From Euryarchaeota archaeon UBA462 (lineage in GTDB: Archaea; Thermoplasmatota; Poseidoniia; Poseidoniales; Thalassarchaeaceae), in contig DAYD01000016.1 in assembly GCA_002506755.1 (NCBI GenBank), positions 2,853-66,852 on the forward strand: DNA of 64,000 nucleotides, read 5' to 3'. Of the stretch, positions 19,494-29,139 are shown piece by piece. Position numbers and translations under genes: made by a program. The notes under the pieces were generated by a model. That model saw nothing but the letters and a program-made list of their open reading frames with translations. It searched no databases and was not told where the DNA came from. How positions within the stretch are numbered: the stretch's first letter is position 1; every line of letters starts with the position of its first letter.

Positions 19494-20186
19494 CTATTCT
19501 TCTTCCAACCAAGATTCTCTTAATAATGACAATTCTGGATCTTTAGGATCCACAACACTAAGAAATTCCCCCGCTACAGAATCGGTGAGGTAAACAGTCA
19601 CCCCAGCATGCCAAATTGTCTCACCTGATGCTGACATTCTTGCCGTATCCACCTCGATAATCGTAGGATCAGAGTGATGAAATCTACCAGCCTCAGCAGC
19701 CGATCGTATTGACGCGGATAAGTGGACATGGGACCTGTCTCCAGGGCTTATCCCTACTTCCAGTAGGTTCTCTGCCACATTTGGGTCACAAGGGTAGTAT
19801 AGGGAGTCAGGTATTTCTGTCGATGGTAAGTCGAGTTCAATTTCTACAGTATGGCCGTAGGTTGCCCTCATCATATTGCCCCTAACTTCGTATCTGCCCT
19901 TCGGGTCTGTCTCGGATATCGCGGAGAGGTGGTGTGGTCTAAGCCAGTGCTGCCTCCTTCTACCATCCTTGAATTTCCTTACAATATCCCTGACATCTAT
20001 CCACCCGTTTATGTCCATCTCTAAATCGAACTTCTCTGGAGCATGCCTCAACACAAGGGCTAACTTCCTGGCCATACTATCTCTTTCTCTTGTACTCATC
20101 ACAAACTTGCCCTCGGAGTTGCAAGCGGGGCATAAATCGTCGTCGGAAAAATATCCATGTATTGGGCATTCCCTAATCATATACAA
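19494..20186 (-). CDS. kptA: RNA 2'-phosphotransferase (Tpt1/KptA)
   Basis: N-terminal CPIHGY..CPAC, LRHAP, KGRYE, RATYGH, HVHLS. Confidence 0.92.
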   Translation of the reverse strand: MYMIRECPIHGYFSDDDLCPACNSEGKFVMSTRERDSMARKLALVLRHAPEKFDLEMDINGWIDVRDIVRKFKDGRRRQHWLRPHHLSAISETDPKGRYEVRGNMMRATYGHTVEIELDLPSTEIPDSLYYPCDPNVAENLLEVGISPGDRSHVHLSASIRSAAEAGRFHHSDPTIIEVDTARMSASGETIWHAGVTVYLTDSVAGEFLSVVDPKDPELSLLRESWLEEE

Positions 20187-20273
20187 TCCTCAACGAACCT
20201 TGTTCAAGAACCCCTCGGTCAGACGTATTTCTTCCCTGACAACCGTTATGGGCTAAAGTGTAGAGGGTATTTT

Positions 20274-21410
20274 GTGAGGGCGGTAATAGTCGGTTGGAAA
20301 CGGTCCCCCTTCTCAAGAGCCCACAAGGGAGATTTGTTTGAGTTAAGGCCAGATGATCTGGGTGGACAAGTAATTGAGGAGCTCATGCGCGAAACTAGAA
20401 TTGATAGTTCAATAATTGATGATATTATAGTCGGATGTGCGTATCCAGAGGGGGAACAGGGGTACAATATCGGCAGAATGATGTCATTTATGGGGGGGTT
20501 GGATTACAATACCCCCGGTCAAACAATCAACAGACTCTGCGGCTCTTCGATGCAATCAATTCTGTCTGCTCATGCCAACATTGCCTCTGGATTGGGTGAG
20601 ATGTACCTATGTGGTGGAATAGAATCTATGTCCAGGGTTAAGAGAAGAGGATTCAACTGGAGCCCCAACCCACTACTAGAGGAGAGATATCCTGAGGCAT
20701 ACGTCAACATGGGTAATACTGCGGAAAACGTAGCCGATTCATTCGGCATAACTAGGGAAGAGCAAGAAAAATTCGCATTACTTTCCCACCGCAAGGCTTC
20801 AAATGCGAAAATTAATGGTTTTTTCACGGAAGAAATTGCAAACATAAGCCATAATGGCACCATTTACAATGAAGATGGTTGCATTAGAGGGGACACTACA
20901 CTAGAAACGATGTCCTCTCTTAACCCCGCCTTTAAACAGGGAGGCACAGTGACTGCAGCCACATCATCCCCACTCACAGACGGCGCAGTCTTTTCCATAA
21001 TTTGTAGTGAATCTCTGGCCAAATCGCTCCATCTATCACCAATGGCTGCTATAGTGTCTGGGGCAACAACCGGCTGTCCTCCGGAATTAATGGGCTTAGG
21101 GCCAATCTCAGCCGTGACAAAAGTATTGGATATGACAGGCTGGAAAATAGATGAAGTAGATATTTTCGAAATTAATGAGGCCTTTGCCTCTCAAAGTATT
21201 GCCTGCATAAGTGAGCTAGGCATTGATATTAATCGGGTGAACATAGACGGGGGTGCACTGGCCATCGGACATCCCCTAGGGGCCTCTGGAGCTAGAATCA
21301 CCTGTAAGGCTGCTAGCCTGATGAATCGTACAGGCGCAAAGAGAGCCATAGCCACGATGTGTATTGGTGGTGGCATGGGGATGGCGATAGCTCTAGAGTC
21401 TCTTGACTAG
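20274..21410 (+). CDS. Acetyl-CoA C-acyltransferase (thiolase)
   Basis: NRLCGSS, MGNTAE, NEAFA, GHPLGASG, MCIGGGMG. Start placed at GTG 20274; the longer ORF overlaps kptA. Confidence 0.93.
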   Translation: MRAVIVGWKRSPFSRAHKGDLFELRPDDLGGQVIEELMRETRIDSSIIDDIIVGCAYPEGEQGYNIGRMMSFMGGLDYNTPGQTINRLCGSSMQSILSAHANIASGLGEMYLCGGIESMSRVKRRGFNWSPNPLLEERYPEAYVNMGNTAENVADSFGITREEQEKFALLSHRKASNAKINGFFTEEIANISHNGTIYNEDGCIRGDTTLETMSSLNPAFKQGGTVTAATSSPLTDGAVFSIICSESLAKSLHLSPMAAIVSGATTGCPPELMGLGPISAVTKVLDMTGWKIDEVDIFEINEAFASQSIACISELGIDINRVNIDGGALAIGHPLGASGARITCKAASLMNRTGAKRAIATMCIGGGMGMAIALESLD

Positions 21411-21436
21411 CTTTGTTCCGACGCGCTCTTGAATGA

Positions 21437-22651
21437 ATGATATGTGGCCTGAGTGTGGCCGACGATACCGGAGTGACCATCCTGAGCAAATGTTTGCACA
21501 AAAAGAACGTCATACTCGCGATAACTGGAGGTATAGCAGCCACTGAATCAATCAAACTAGCTAGAGAGCTCAGAAGACATGGGGCTAATGTCACTCCTAT
21601 GATGACACGCTCAGCTGAGAAGGTCATCTCGCCCTTAGCTCTTTCTTGGGGTTCTGGATCTGAAGTGCTCACAGATTGGGATTCCCAAATGGCACAGCTT
21701 GGCAGCTTCGATGGAATATTGGTGGCCCCAGCTACTAGGAATACAATCTCCAAGTTCACTCACGGAATTATAGACTCGCCTGTAATGATGGCTCTATCTG
21801 CTGCAAATGGTAATGGGGTGCCAATAATGTTCGTTCCGTCGATGCATGATGATCTTTTCAATGATCCAGTGACACTGGAATTGGTTGAATCACTCAAGGA
21901 AAGGGGTTTGGGCGTTTTTTATGAGGACTCAATAGAAGGTAGGAAGAAGCAACCTAACCACGTCTCCATAGTGGCCAATTTCTCCAACCAGATCAACAGT
22001 AAATTACCTGGAAGAAAAAGAATCGCGGTGACTCTTGGCTCGAATAAGTCACCCATCGATTCTATCAGGTTCATTTCAAACACTTCCACTGGTCGCACTG
22101 GATGGTCAATTTCAGAACACCTATTCAGAATGGGTCATGAGATCGTTTGCATAGTAGGAAGCACAACTGTAAGTTCTAAATTTCCACTACCAGAGGTTAT
22201 TGTTGACGAGTCACCGGAAGGAATGCTCGACTCATGCATAGGCGTTGCAAGGTCCTCCGAACCGCCTGATTGCTGGATTCATTCTGCTGCAGTCCTAGAT
22301 TATGTAGCCAAGTACACGGAAGGTAAGAAATCCAGTGGAGATGGTGAATGGTCCATCTCACTCTACCCAACTAAGAAGCATATAGAAGAGATTTCAAAAT
22401 ACATGGAGGGAAAAATTCGAATCGGTTTTAAATTAGAAATCGATAATGATGAATCAAGTTTAGTCGAAAGTGCAATGAATCAGATCTCTACTCATAGAAT
22501 GGACCTAGTTGTCGCAAATAATCTGACTGAATCTATGAGTGAAGAAGGCTCTAGATGCAGGCTTGTCTATCCAAATGGTAGTGTGCAGGGTATTCCAAAT
22601 TTGCAATCTCTGTGTGAAGCTATAGATCAATTTATTTCACTATGTGAATGA
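21437..22651 (+). CDS. coaBC: Bifunctional phosphopantothenoylcysteine decarboxylase/synthetase
   Basis: ITGGIAA, APATRNTISK, PSMH, PIDSIRFISNTSTG, HSAAVLDY, IGFKLE, VVANN. Confidence 0.88.
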   Translation: MICGLSVADDTGVTILSKCLHKKNVILAITGGIAATESIKLARELRRHGANVTPMMTRSAEKVISPLALSWGSGSEVLTDWDSQMAQLGSFDGILVAPATRNTISKFTHGIIDSPVMMALSAANGNGVPIMFVPSMHDDLFNDPVTLELVESLKERGLGVFYEDSIEGRKKQPNHVSIVANFSNQINSKLPGRKRIAVTLGSNKSPIDSIRFISNTSTGRTGWSISEHLFRMGHEIVCIVGSTTVSSKFPLPEVIVDESPEGMLDSCIGVARSSEPPDCWIHSAAVLDYVAKYTEGKKSSGDGEWSISLYPTKKHIEEISKYMEGKIRIGFKLEIDNDESSLVESAMNQISTHRMDLVVANNLTESMSEEGSRCRLVYPNGSVQGIPNLQSLCEAIDQFISLCE

Positions 22652-24203
22652 TTTTGAACGAATAATTGAAGCGATTGGCCAATACGGGAACAATGTGTCC
22701 AAGTCCAACAAGGCCAAGAGGGGAATCCCCGCTAAATCAGATTTTAATTCATGGTATCCTTCAATTGTCGAAATTGCCGACCTTGTAGATAAGCGGTATC
22801 CAATCAAGGGAATGGACGTATGGAAGCCATATGGTTTGTCAGCAATGGAGAAAATAGATTCGCTCGCACGATCAGAAATGGAACGCACAGGCCATCAAGA
22901 ATACAGGTTTCCACTTCTTGTTCCAGAAGACCTGCTTGAAAAGGAGAATAAGCTCGTATCCATTTTGAAGGCGGCGAGGGAGGCGGGCGTTGATCCCTCT
23001 GAACTAAGAATAGGAGAGGAGGAGTCAGGATTCAAAAAGGAGGTTTACTGGGTAAAACATGGAGGGGAAAACAAGCTCGAAATCCCTATGTTTCTACGAC
23101 CTACGTCCGAGACTCCAATGTATACGATGTTTTCACTTTGGATCAGAAGTCACGCAGATCTCCCTCTCAAGACCTTTCAGATTGTAAACACATTCAGGTA
23201 TGAAACCAAACAAACTCGATCTTTCATAAGAGTTAGAGAAATCCATTTTTTTGAAGCCCACACAGTACATTCTGACCAAGCTGGTGCTGATAAGCAAATA
23301 GAGGAAGATGCAGAGATGGTAAGAAGGATTTTGCACGAATTATGCCTACCTTCCATCGTTTCAAAGAGGCCAGTATGGGATACATTCCCCGGAGCATGGT
23401 ACACCAAGGCAGCAGATGTCGTAATGCCTAATGGAAGAACTCTACAGGTAGCGACTTACCACCACTACAGAGATCAATGGGCGGGGGCTTTCGATCTATC
23501 ATACGAGGATTCGGAAGGTAAAACAAGATTATGCCACCAAACAACTTTCGGCATGTCCGAGAGGCTATTGGGGGCCGTTGTTGGAATGCACGGCGATGAT
23601 AATGGATTGATCATGCCCCCGGCAATAGCACCCATTCAAGTCGTAGTCATGCCTGTAGCTAATCATAGGGACGAAAGGGTTTTGCCCGCTGTAAGTGAAC
23701 TCGGCCAGCGACTGACGGATGCGGGGCTCAGGGTCAAAGTCGATGAAAGGGATGTAAGGCCAGGGGTGAAACATTACGACTGGGAAATCAAGGGGATTCC
23801 CCTAAGAGTAGAATTAGGCCCTAGGGATCTCGATTCAGATAATTGTGTTGTATCTGTACGTACGGGAGGAAAGGTTGAGGTCCCATTATCAGAAGCCCAT
23901 GTAGAAATCGTAGAACTACTTGCCACCGTCTCAGATGAATTAAGACTACGAGCTGAAAAGATTACGGCTAAATTGATTCATTCTGTCCCAGAGTCAGTTT
24001 CCTCACTATCAGATTTGATTGTGGAAGATGGTTTGGTCTATGAAATTGCCTTCGAAGGATCGGATTCCGATGCCGAGGCTTTAGAGAAGAGCACAGGTCT
24101 AACTCTGTTGGGCGAGTGCGATGACAAATATGACGAACCTAGGAAATGCATAGTTACTGGCAAATCAACTACCAACAGGCAATATATCGCTAGGATGTAC
24201 TGA
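22644..24203 (+). CDS. proS: Proline--tRNA ligase (archaeal/eukaryotic type)
   Basis: LRPTSET, FRYETKQTRSFIRVREI, QTTFGMSERL, WEIKGIPLRVELGPRD, C-terminal ARMY. Confidence 0.96.
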   Translation: MNDFERIIEAIGQYGNNVSKSNKAKRGIPAKSDFNSWYPSIVEIADLVDKRYPIKGMDVWKPYGLSAMEKIDSLARSEMERTGHQEYRFPLLVPEDLLEKENKLVSILKAAREAGVDPSELRIGEEESGFKKEVYWVKHGGENKLEIPMFLRPTSETPMYTMFSLWIRSHADLPLKTFQIVNTFRYETKQTRSFIRVREIHFFEAHTVHSDQAGADKQIEEDAEMVRRILHELCLPSIVSKRPVWDTFPGAWYTKAADVVMPNGRTLQVATYHHYRDQWAGAFDLSYEDSEGKTRLCHQTTFGMSERLLGAVVGMHGDDNGLIMPPAIAPIQVVVMPVANHRDERVLPAVSELGQRLTDAGLRVKVDERDVRPGVKHYDWEIKGIPLRVELGPRDLDSDNCVVSVRTGGKVEVPLSEAHVEIVELLATVSDELRLRAEKITAKLIHSVPESVSSLSDLIVEDGLVYEIAFEGSDSDAEALEKSTGLTLLGECDDKYDEPRKCIVTGKSTTNRQYIARMY

Positions 24204-24788
24204 TTTCTTTCTAAACATGAAACCCAAAAGTGCGAGACCCATAAATGCAACAATTAACGCTAAATCAACTATGAGTACACTCTCCATCGGCTTGACCCAT
24301 GACTCAACTTGATGCAGTCCATCCCATGAATACCCCTTCGAGATATCCAACTTAGTCTGACCGTACTCTTCATCACAAATCTCCCTCATATCAGCTATTC
24401 CGAGAGAACATAGAACCTTTCCAATCCCTAAGGACATATTGAATCCTACAAACATGATTCCTATGATTCCCGGTATAAGGAATAATAACCTCGGCCTTCC
24501 TTTCGCGGTTTTCTTGCCTACCTTTGAGTCAGGTAAAACTGGCACGAACTCTGGAAGCGTTACGTCGGTCGAGATTGGAAGGTTCCCCGGGGATAAACTT
24601 GGAGAGGAAATTTCTGGTGCGGAAACTCCCATTTCCTCAAGTACTTCTGCTCCATAGATCCTCTCGGCCATAGAATAAAGGCCCGGATCTTCCTCTATCT
24701 CGGAGGGATTTATTTCCCCCGACAATAGTCTACGTACTGCCCCTGGGTCTGGCATTATGGTATTTCTGGGATTCTCGACCCCTATCAA
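24165..24788 (-). CDS. Hypothetical membrane protein
   Basis: Two hydrophobic helices flanking a loop with two Cys. The start may be MPDPG (about 24755). Confidence 0.6.
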   Translation of the reverse strand: MIGVENPRNTIMPDPGAVRRLLSGEINPSEIEEDPGLYSMAERIYGAEVLEEMGVSAPEISSPSLSPGNLPISTDVTLPEFVPVLPDSKVGKKTAKGRPRLLFLIPGIIGIMFVGFNMSLGIGKVLCSLGIADMREICDEEYGQTKLDISKGYSWDGLHQVESWVKPMESVLIVDLALIVAFMGLALLGFMFRKKSVHPSDILPVGS

Positions 24789-24810
24789 ATGAACCCTGTA
24801 TTGATGAGTC

Positions 24811-25767
24811 TCAGACTGTATTTTTACGCTTTATGGCTCTTAGGGAGGCCTGAATTATTGACTCTGAAGTTAAACCCAATTCCTCCATAAGTTCTGAACT
24901 TCCACCACTTTCACCGAATCTATCATTGACCCCCACCATTTCTATGGGTATCGGGTGATTTGATGCTGCCCATTCTGATATGGAACTCCCAAGACCCCCA
25001 ATTATGGAGTGATCTTCTGCAGTGACTATGCAACCGCATGTTTTGGCGATATTTTCCATTAGTTGACTGTCAAACGGCTTTATTGTATGCATATCCACTA
25101 CAGTGCAGTCGACCCCTTTCTGAGAGAGAACCTCGGCCGCATTCATCGCCTCGTGAACCATGACGCCACAGGCTACGATCGCAAGGTCACTGCCATGGGA
25201 CAGAACACTACCCTTCCCTATTTTTATTTTTGAAACACTTTCTTCATCGTATGCCCTGGGAGTTTTGTTTCTTGCAGTTCTCATGTATGATGGCCCATCC
25301 AAACTCAAAAGTTGCACTGTAAGCTCCTCCGCAGAAATGTCGTCACAAGGATGAATCACCGTCATTTTGGGTATTGCACGATAGATTCCCAGATCCTCTA
25401 TCGATTGAGCACTACTTCCATCCGTACCTGTATGAATCCCGCCATGGCTCCCACAAATATGGACAGCAAAGCCAGGTCTGGCAATTCCATTCCTTATCTG
25501 TTCAAACGCCCGCTCTGTGAATATCGCAAACGTACTAGCGAAAGGAACTTTACCAGAGGAAGCCATTCCTGCGGCTACTAGCATCATATTTTGCTCTGCT
25601 ATTCCCAAAGAAACTGTTCTCTCTGGGAACTTTTCCCTGAAGTGGCAAGACTTGGTCGATTTCCCTAAGTCTGCCTCAAGAACTACGACTCTGGGGTCTT
25701 CAGACAGTCTTAGCAATCCCTTTCCATAACCGTCCCGAGATGCTCCTCCTGATGATGGGGCACTCAT
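24811..25767 (-). CDS. Transketolase, C-terminal (pyrimidine-binding) subunit
   Basis: GIAEQNM, RAFEQIR, DGSSAQSIED, EDHSIIGGLG. Confidence 0.92.
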   Translation of the reverse strand: MSAPSSGGASRDGYGKGLLRLSEDPRVVVLEADLGKSTKSCHFREKFPERTVSLGIAEQNMMLVAAGMASSGKVPFASTFAIFTERAFEQIRNGIARPGFAVHICGSHGGIHTGTDGSSAQSIEDLGIYRAIPKMTVIHPCDDISAEELTVQLLSLDGPSYMRTARNKTPRAYDEESVSKIKIGKGSVLSHGSDLAIVACGVMVHEAMNAAEVLSQKGVDCTVVDMHTIKPFDSQLMENIAKTCGCIVTAEDHSIIGGLGSSISEWAASNHPIPIEMVGVNDRFGESGGSSELMEELGLTSESIIQASLRAIKRKNTV

Positions 25768-26588
25768 TTTAACTCCTCCAGAGCTATAGATAATTCGTCA
25801 TCATTTGGGGCCATACCGTGGAATGATGGGTTATCTTCCATGAATGAGACTCCTTTACCCTTGGTGGTGTGTGCTATGATAGCAATTGGCGACTCATTCA
25901 CATTCGCCCATTCCAAAATATCTACCAGAGCTGGTATATCATGCCCGTTAACTTCCTTGACCGTCCATCCAAATGATGAGAATTTCTGGCCAATATCCCC
26001 GACTTCCATTTGCACATCCATGAAATCATCATTCTGAATCCTATTCCTGTCGACTATGACCCTTAGGTTGTTTGCCTGGTGATAGCTAGCAGCCATTGCT
26101 GCTTCCCAAATTTGTCCTTCTTGGGTCTCACCATCCCCCAGCAATACCCAAACTTTCCTCTTGCTACCATCCATTTTTGCAGCAATCGAACAACCTAGTC
26201 CGAAGGATAAACCCATCCCCAAACTTCCGGCTGAGAAATCTACTCCCGGAGTCCAGTTCATATCGACGTGACCCTGACAGACAGATCCAAGCGTTCTGAA
26301 GCTCATCATCTCATCTTCATCCATAATTCCCATTTGATGCAACAATGCATACATAGCAGGACTCGCATGCCCTTTGCTCATAATGAATCTATCACGATCT
26401 TCCCAATTGGGATTATTTGTATCGAATCGAAATATTGTTCCATATAGAGATACCATGATATCAATTGCGGAGAGAGAACCGCCTGGATGGCCAGATTTCG
26501 CCGCATGAGTCATCTTGACGATATCGTTCCTACATCTCCTTGCTAATTCCTTTAATTCCTGGTGATTATGGATAGCCCCATCGCCCAT
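25764..26588 (-). CDS. Transketolase, N-terminal (TPP-binding) subunit
   Basis: SGHPGGSLS, DRFIMSKGH, GSLGMG, GDGETQEG...N TPP motif, KGKGVSFME. Start placed at MGDG. Confidence 0.92.
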   Translation of the reverse strand: MGDGAIHNHQELKELARRCRNDIVKMTHAAKSGHPGGSLSAIDIMVSLYGTIFRFDTNNPNWEDRDRFIMSKGHASPAMYALLHQMGIMDEDEMMSFRTLGSVCQGHVDMNWTPGVDFSAGSLGMGLSFGLGCSIAAKMDGSKRKVWVLLGDGETQEGQIWEAAMAASYHQANNLRVIVDRNRIQNDDFMDVQMEVGDIGQKFSSFGWTVKEVNGHDIPALVDILEWANVNESPIAIIAHTTKGKGVSFMEDNPSFHGMAPNDDELSIALEELK

Positions 26589-27870
26589 GAACAACATAGG
26601 TGCTCGCGGGCTATTGATGGTTTTCAATGACAATAATTCAAAACATACCCTCAATTCGAATGAATCGGTGCAACAGGTATCAGTCGATTATGACTCTGAT
26701 TGGAGGTCCAATCTGTCCAATCTTGAAGTCCCAATTTCTGTAGAAAAAGATCCTCTATTGGTTAAAGCTTTGTCATTGACAATTGAGGGACGTAGAATTT
26801 CAAAGGATATGGGTGCAAAACTGTTCAGGGAAGCTGATTCACAAGGCCTCAGCTCACTGGCCAATCTCATCAAGGTGTCTAGGTTCGGCAATTACGTCTT
26901 TTTCAATGAAAACCTTCACGTCAATATAACAAATGTCTGCACACTTGCATGTAGGTTCTGCGCCTTCAGAAGGGGATCCCGGCATATTGATGCATATTCT
27001 CTGAGTCCTGAAGAATTCGTATCGCGAATAAAACCATTCAGCCACATTATCGATGAAGTTCATGCAGTAGGAGGCCTACATCCAGAATGGACGGTTAGCC
27101 ATTATTCGGACATTTATCAACTAACAAAACAAAGATACCCTAACATCAGCATAAAATCCCTCACCGCCGTTGAGGTAAAGCACCTAGCCTCCAGATCGGG
27201 GCTTTCCATATCCGACACACTTTCCCTCCTCCACGAGGCGGGACTCGACTCACTCCCGGGGGGTGGTGCCGAGATTCTAGTAGACTCTGTAAGGGATCGA
27301 ATATGTCGAGGAAAGGAGAAATCTTCTGAATATCTTGAGATTCATCATGAAGCTCACATGCTTGGAATACCTACAAACTGCACAATGTTGTTTGGGACAG
27401 TCGAAACTATCGAAGACATGATGACACATCTAGACAAATTAAGAAAACAACAAGACAATTCCTCAGGCTTCCAATGCTTCGTACCATATCCTTTCTTGAA
27501 GGACAATACTAGACTGCCAGAAGCTAGGCTATCTACGGCAAATGAAATTCTTAGAGTGATCTCAATCTCTAGGATAATGCTTGATAATATCCCTCATCTA
27601 AAAGCATACAGAATGAACATAGGTGACCATTTGGCTGAAATTGCTATACACTCCGGTGCAGATGACATAGATGGCACGGTAGGGCATGAGGAAATTATGC
27701 ACGAGGCTGGAAGCACTACGAGCGTCGATTACGATGCTAAAAGGATGCAGAAACTCGTGAAGTCCACTGGACTTGTACCAGTAAAGAGGAATTCTACCTA
27801 CAATTCATTTGTGATTTTGGATGAGCAAATTAAATCGGAAAAAATGAAACTTCCTATAGCCGGACAGTGA
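26587..27870 (+). CDS. mqnE: Aminofutalosine synthase (radical SAM, MqnE/CofH family)
   Basis: NITNVCTLACRFCAF CxxxCxxC, EVHAVGGLHP, PGGGAEI, GADDIDGT, EEIMHEAG; adjacent to mqnA and mqnD. The true start is probably later (26617 or 26668). Confidence 0.82.
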   Translation: MNNIGARGLLMVFNDNNSKHTLNSNESVQQVSVDYDSDWRSNLSNLEVPISVEKDPLLVKALSLTIEGRRISKDMGAKLFREADSQGLSSLANLIKVSRFGNYVFFNENLHVNITNVCTLACRFCAFRRGSRHIDAYSLSPEEFVSRIKPFSHIIDEVHAVGGLHPEWTVSHYSDIYQLTKQRYPNISIKSLTAVEVKHLASRSGLSISDTLSLLHEAGLDSLPGGGAEILVDSVRDRICRGKEKSSEYLEIHHEAHMLGIPTNCTMLFGTVETIEDMMTHLDKLRKQQDNSSGFQCFVPYPFLKDNTRLPEARLSTANEILRVISISRIMLDNIPHLKAYRMNIGDHLAEIAIHSGADDIDGTVGHEEIMHEAGSTTSVDYDAKRMQKLVKSTGLVPVKRNSTYNSFVILDEQIKSEKMKLPIAGQ

Positions 27871-27874
27871 AGCA

Positions 27875-28663
27875 ATGATATGGCAAAGAGTCCTTGGCAG
27901 GGTATCTTTCATCAATTGTGACCCTGTTTTTTACGGGTTAAATAGCGAGTGGCGGATTCTATCAGCACCACCCTCTTGGCTTACTGGTCACCTGCTTAGG
28001 AAAGACTGTATTACGGCTCCAATTCCAGCTGCAGATTATGCGGCAAACCAAGACAAGCTCGTTCTATTGTCCGATATAGGAATTGTAGGTAGGGAGGAAG
28101 TTGGCTCTGTTCTACTGTTTGGGAATAGGCCCATCGAATCGATGAGGGATATTGCTGTTCCAACTGACTCTTCCACATCGAGAATGCTACTAAAATGGAT
28201 CCTCTCTGAAAGAAAACTGGATCCAAAACTTGTCGAAATGGGGCCAGATATAGACAGTATGATGGAAAAATGTGACGGGGCTCTGATTATCGGGGATAGG
28301 GCTATTTCAGCGGCGATATCCCACAAAAGCAGTGTATTACTTGATCTAGGTAGGGAATGGAAAGAAATCACCGGATATCCGATGGTATTCGGTGTTTTCG
28401 CAGCCAGAAAAGACTCTGAGTTGCCTCTTGTTTTAGATGCTAAAAACGCAATGATAAACCATTATATTTCGTTTAATGAAGACCAAGATTTCAGGGACGA
28501 AGTAATTTCGTCATCGTCAAAAAAAGTAGGGTTCAGTGAAAAAAGAGTAAGAACTTATTTTGAGGAAGAGGTTTCAAATTTTCTCGAAGAAGACTCGATC
28601 AAAGGATTATCGAAGTTCCTGGATGTCGTATGCGAAGTCGAAGAGCCAATATGGGTTAACTAA
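27875..28663 (+). CDS. mqnA: Chorismate dehydratase (futalosine pathway)
   Basis: VSFINCDP, VGSVLL, SSTSRML, ALIIGDRA, DLGREWKEITGYPMVFGVF. Confidence 0.88.
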   Translation: MIWQRVLGRVSFINCDPVFYGLNSEWRILSAPPSWLTGHLLRKDCITAPIPAADYAANQDKLVLLSDIGIVGREEVGSVLLFGNRPIESMRDIAVPTDSSTSRMLLKWILSERKLDPKLVEMGPDIDSMMEKCDGALIIGDRAISAAISHKSSVLLDLGREWKEITGYPMVFGVFAARKDSELPLVLDAKNAMINHYISFNEDQDFRDEVISSSSKKVGFSEKRVRTYFEEEVSNFLEEDSIKGLSKFLDVVCEVEEPIWVN

Positions 28664-29139
28664 CTTGAATACTCCATACTCTTGCTTGAAACCCAGCTGA
28701 GCAGGTCCATTGCGACCTCACAGGATTCGGCTATAACGTCTTCATCATCATCAACATACTTTTCCAAAGTGGACATAGCTACCATGTTTCCTATCGCCCC
28801 TAATGCTTCTGCTGCTTCATGCCTAACCATTAGATCCTCATTTTTATCCTCTAGTCTTTCTATGAGGTACGGTACTGCATGGTCGTCTTGCATTTGGCCT
28901 AGAACGTACGCTATCTCATGCTTTAGTAGTGCAGAAGATGACTCAAACGCCATGGCCAATGATTCGACGCTCTCTTTACCACCTATGTTTCTCAAGGCAA
29001 AAAGCGCCCTCATTCTTTGAAACATCCGCTCATCTTCGTCACAGAGTGTGTTTCTCAACTCTAATACTCCAGAATTCTCGCTGGGTGGGGCGGGATCGAC
29101 AGATCCAAACTCACTCACATCGGGCTTGTTATTACTCAT
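28660..29139 (-). CDS. HEAT-repeat protein resembling one half of deoxyhypusine hydroxylase (DOHH)
   Basis: SVDPAPP; RMRALFALRNIGG; SALLKHEIAYVLGQMQD; MVRHEAAEALGAIG; ESCEVAMD. HE motifs at H74/E75 and H107/E108. Confidence 0.8.
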   Translation of the reverse strand: MSNNKPDVSEFGSVDPAPPSENSGVLELRNTLCDEDERMFQRMRALFALRNIGGKESVESLAMAFESSSALLKHEIAYVLGQMQDDHAVPYLIERLEDKNEDLMVRHEAAEALGAIGNMVAMSTLEKYVDDDEDVIAESCEVAMDLLSWVSSKSMEYSS

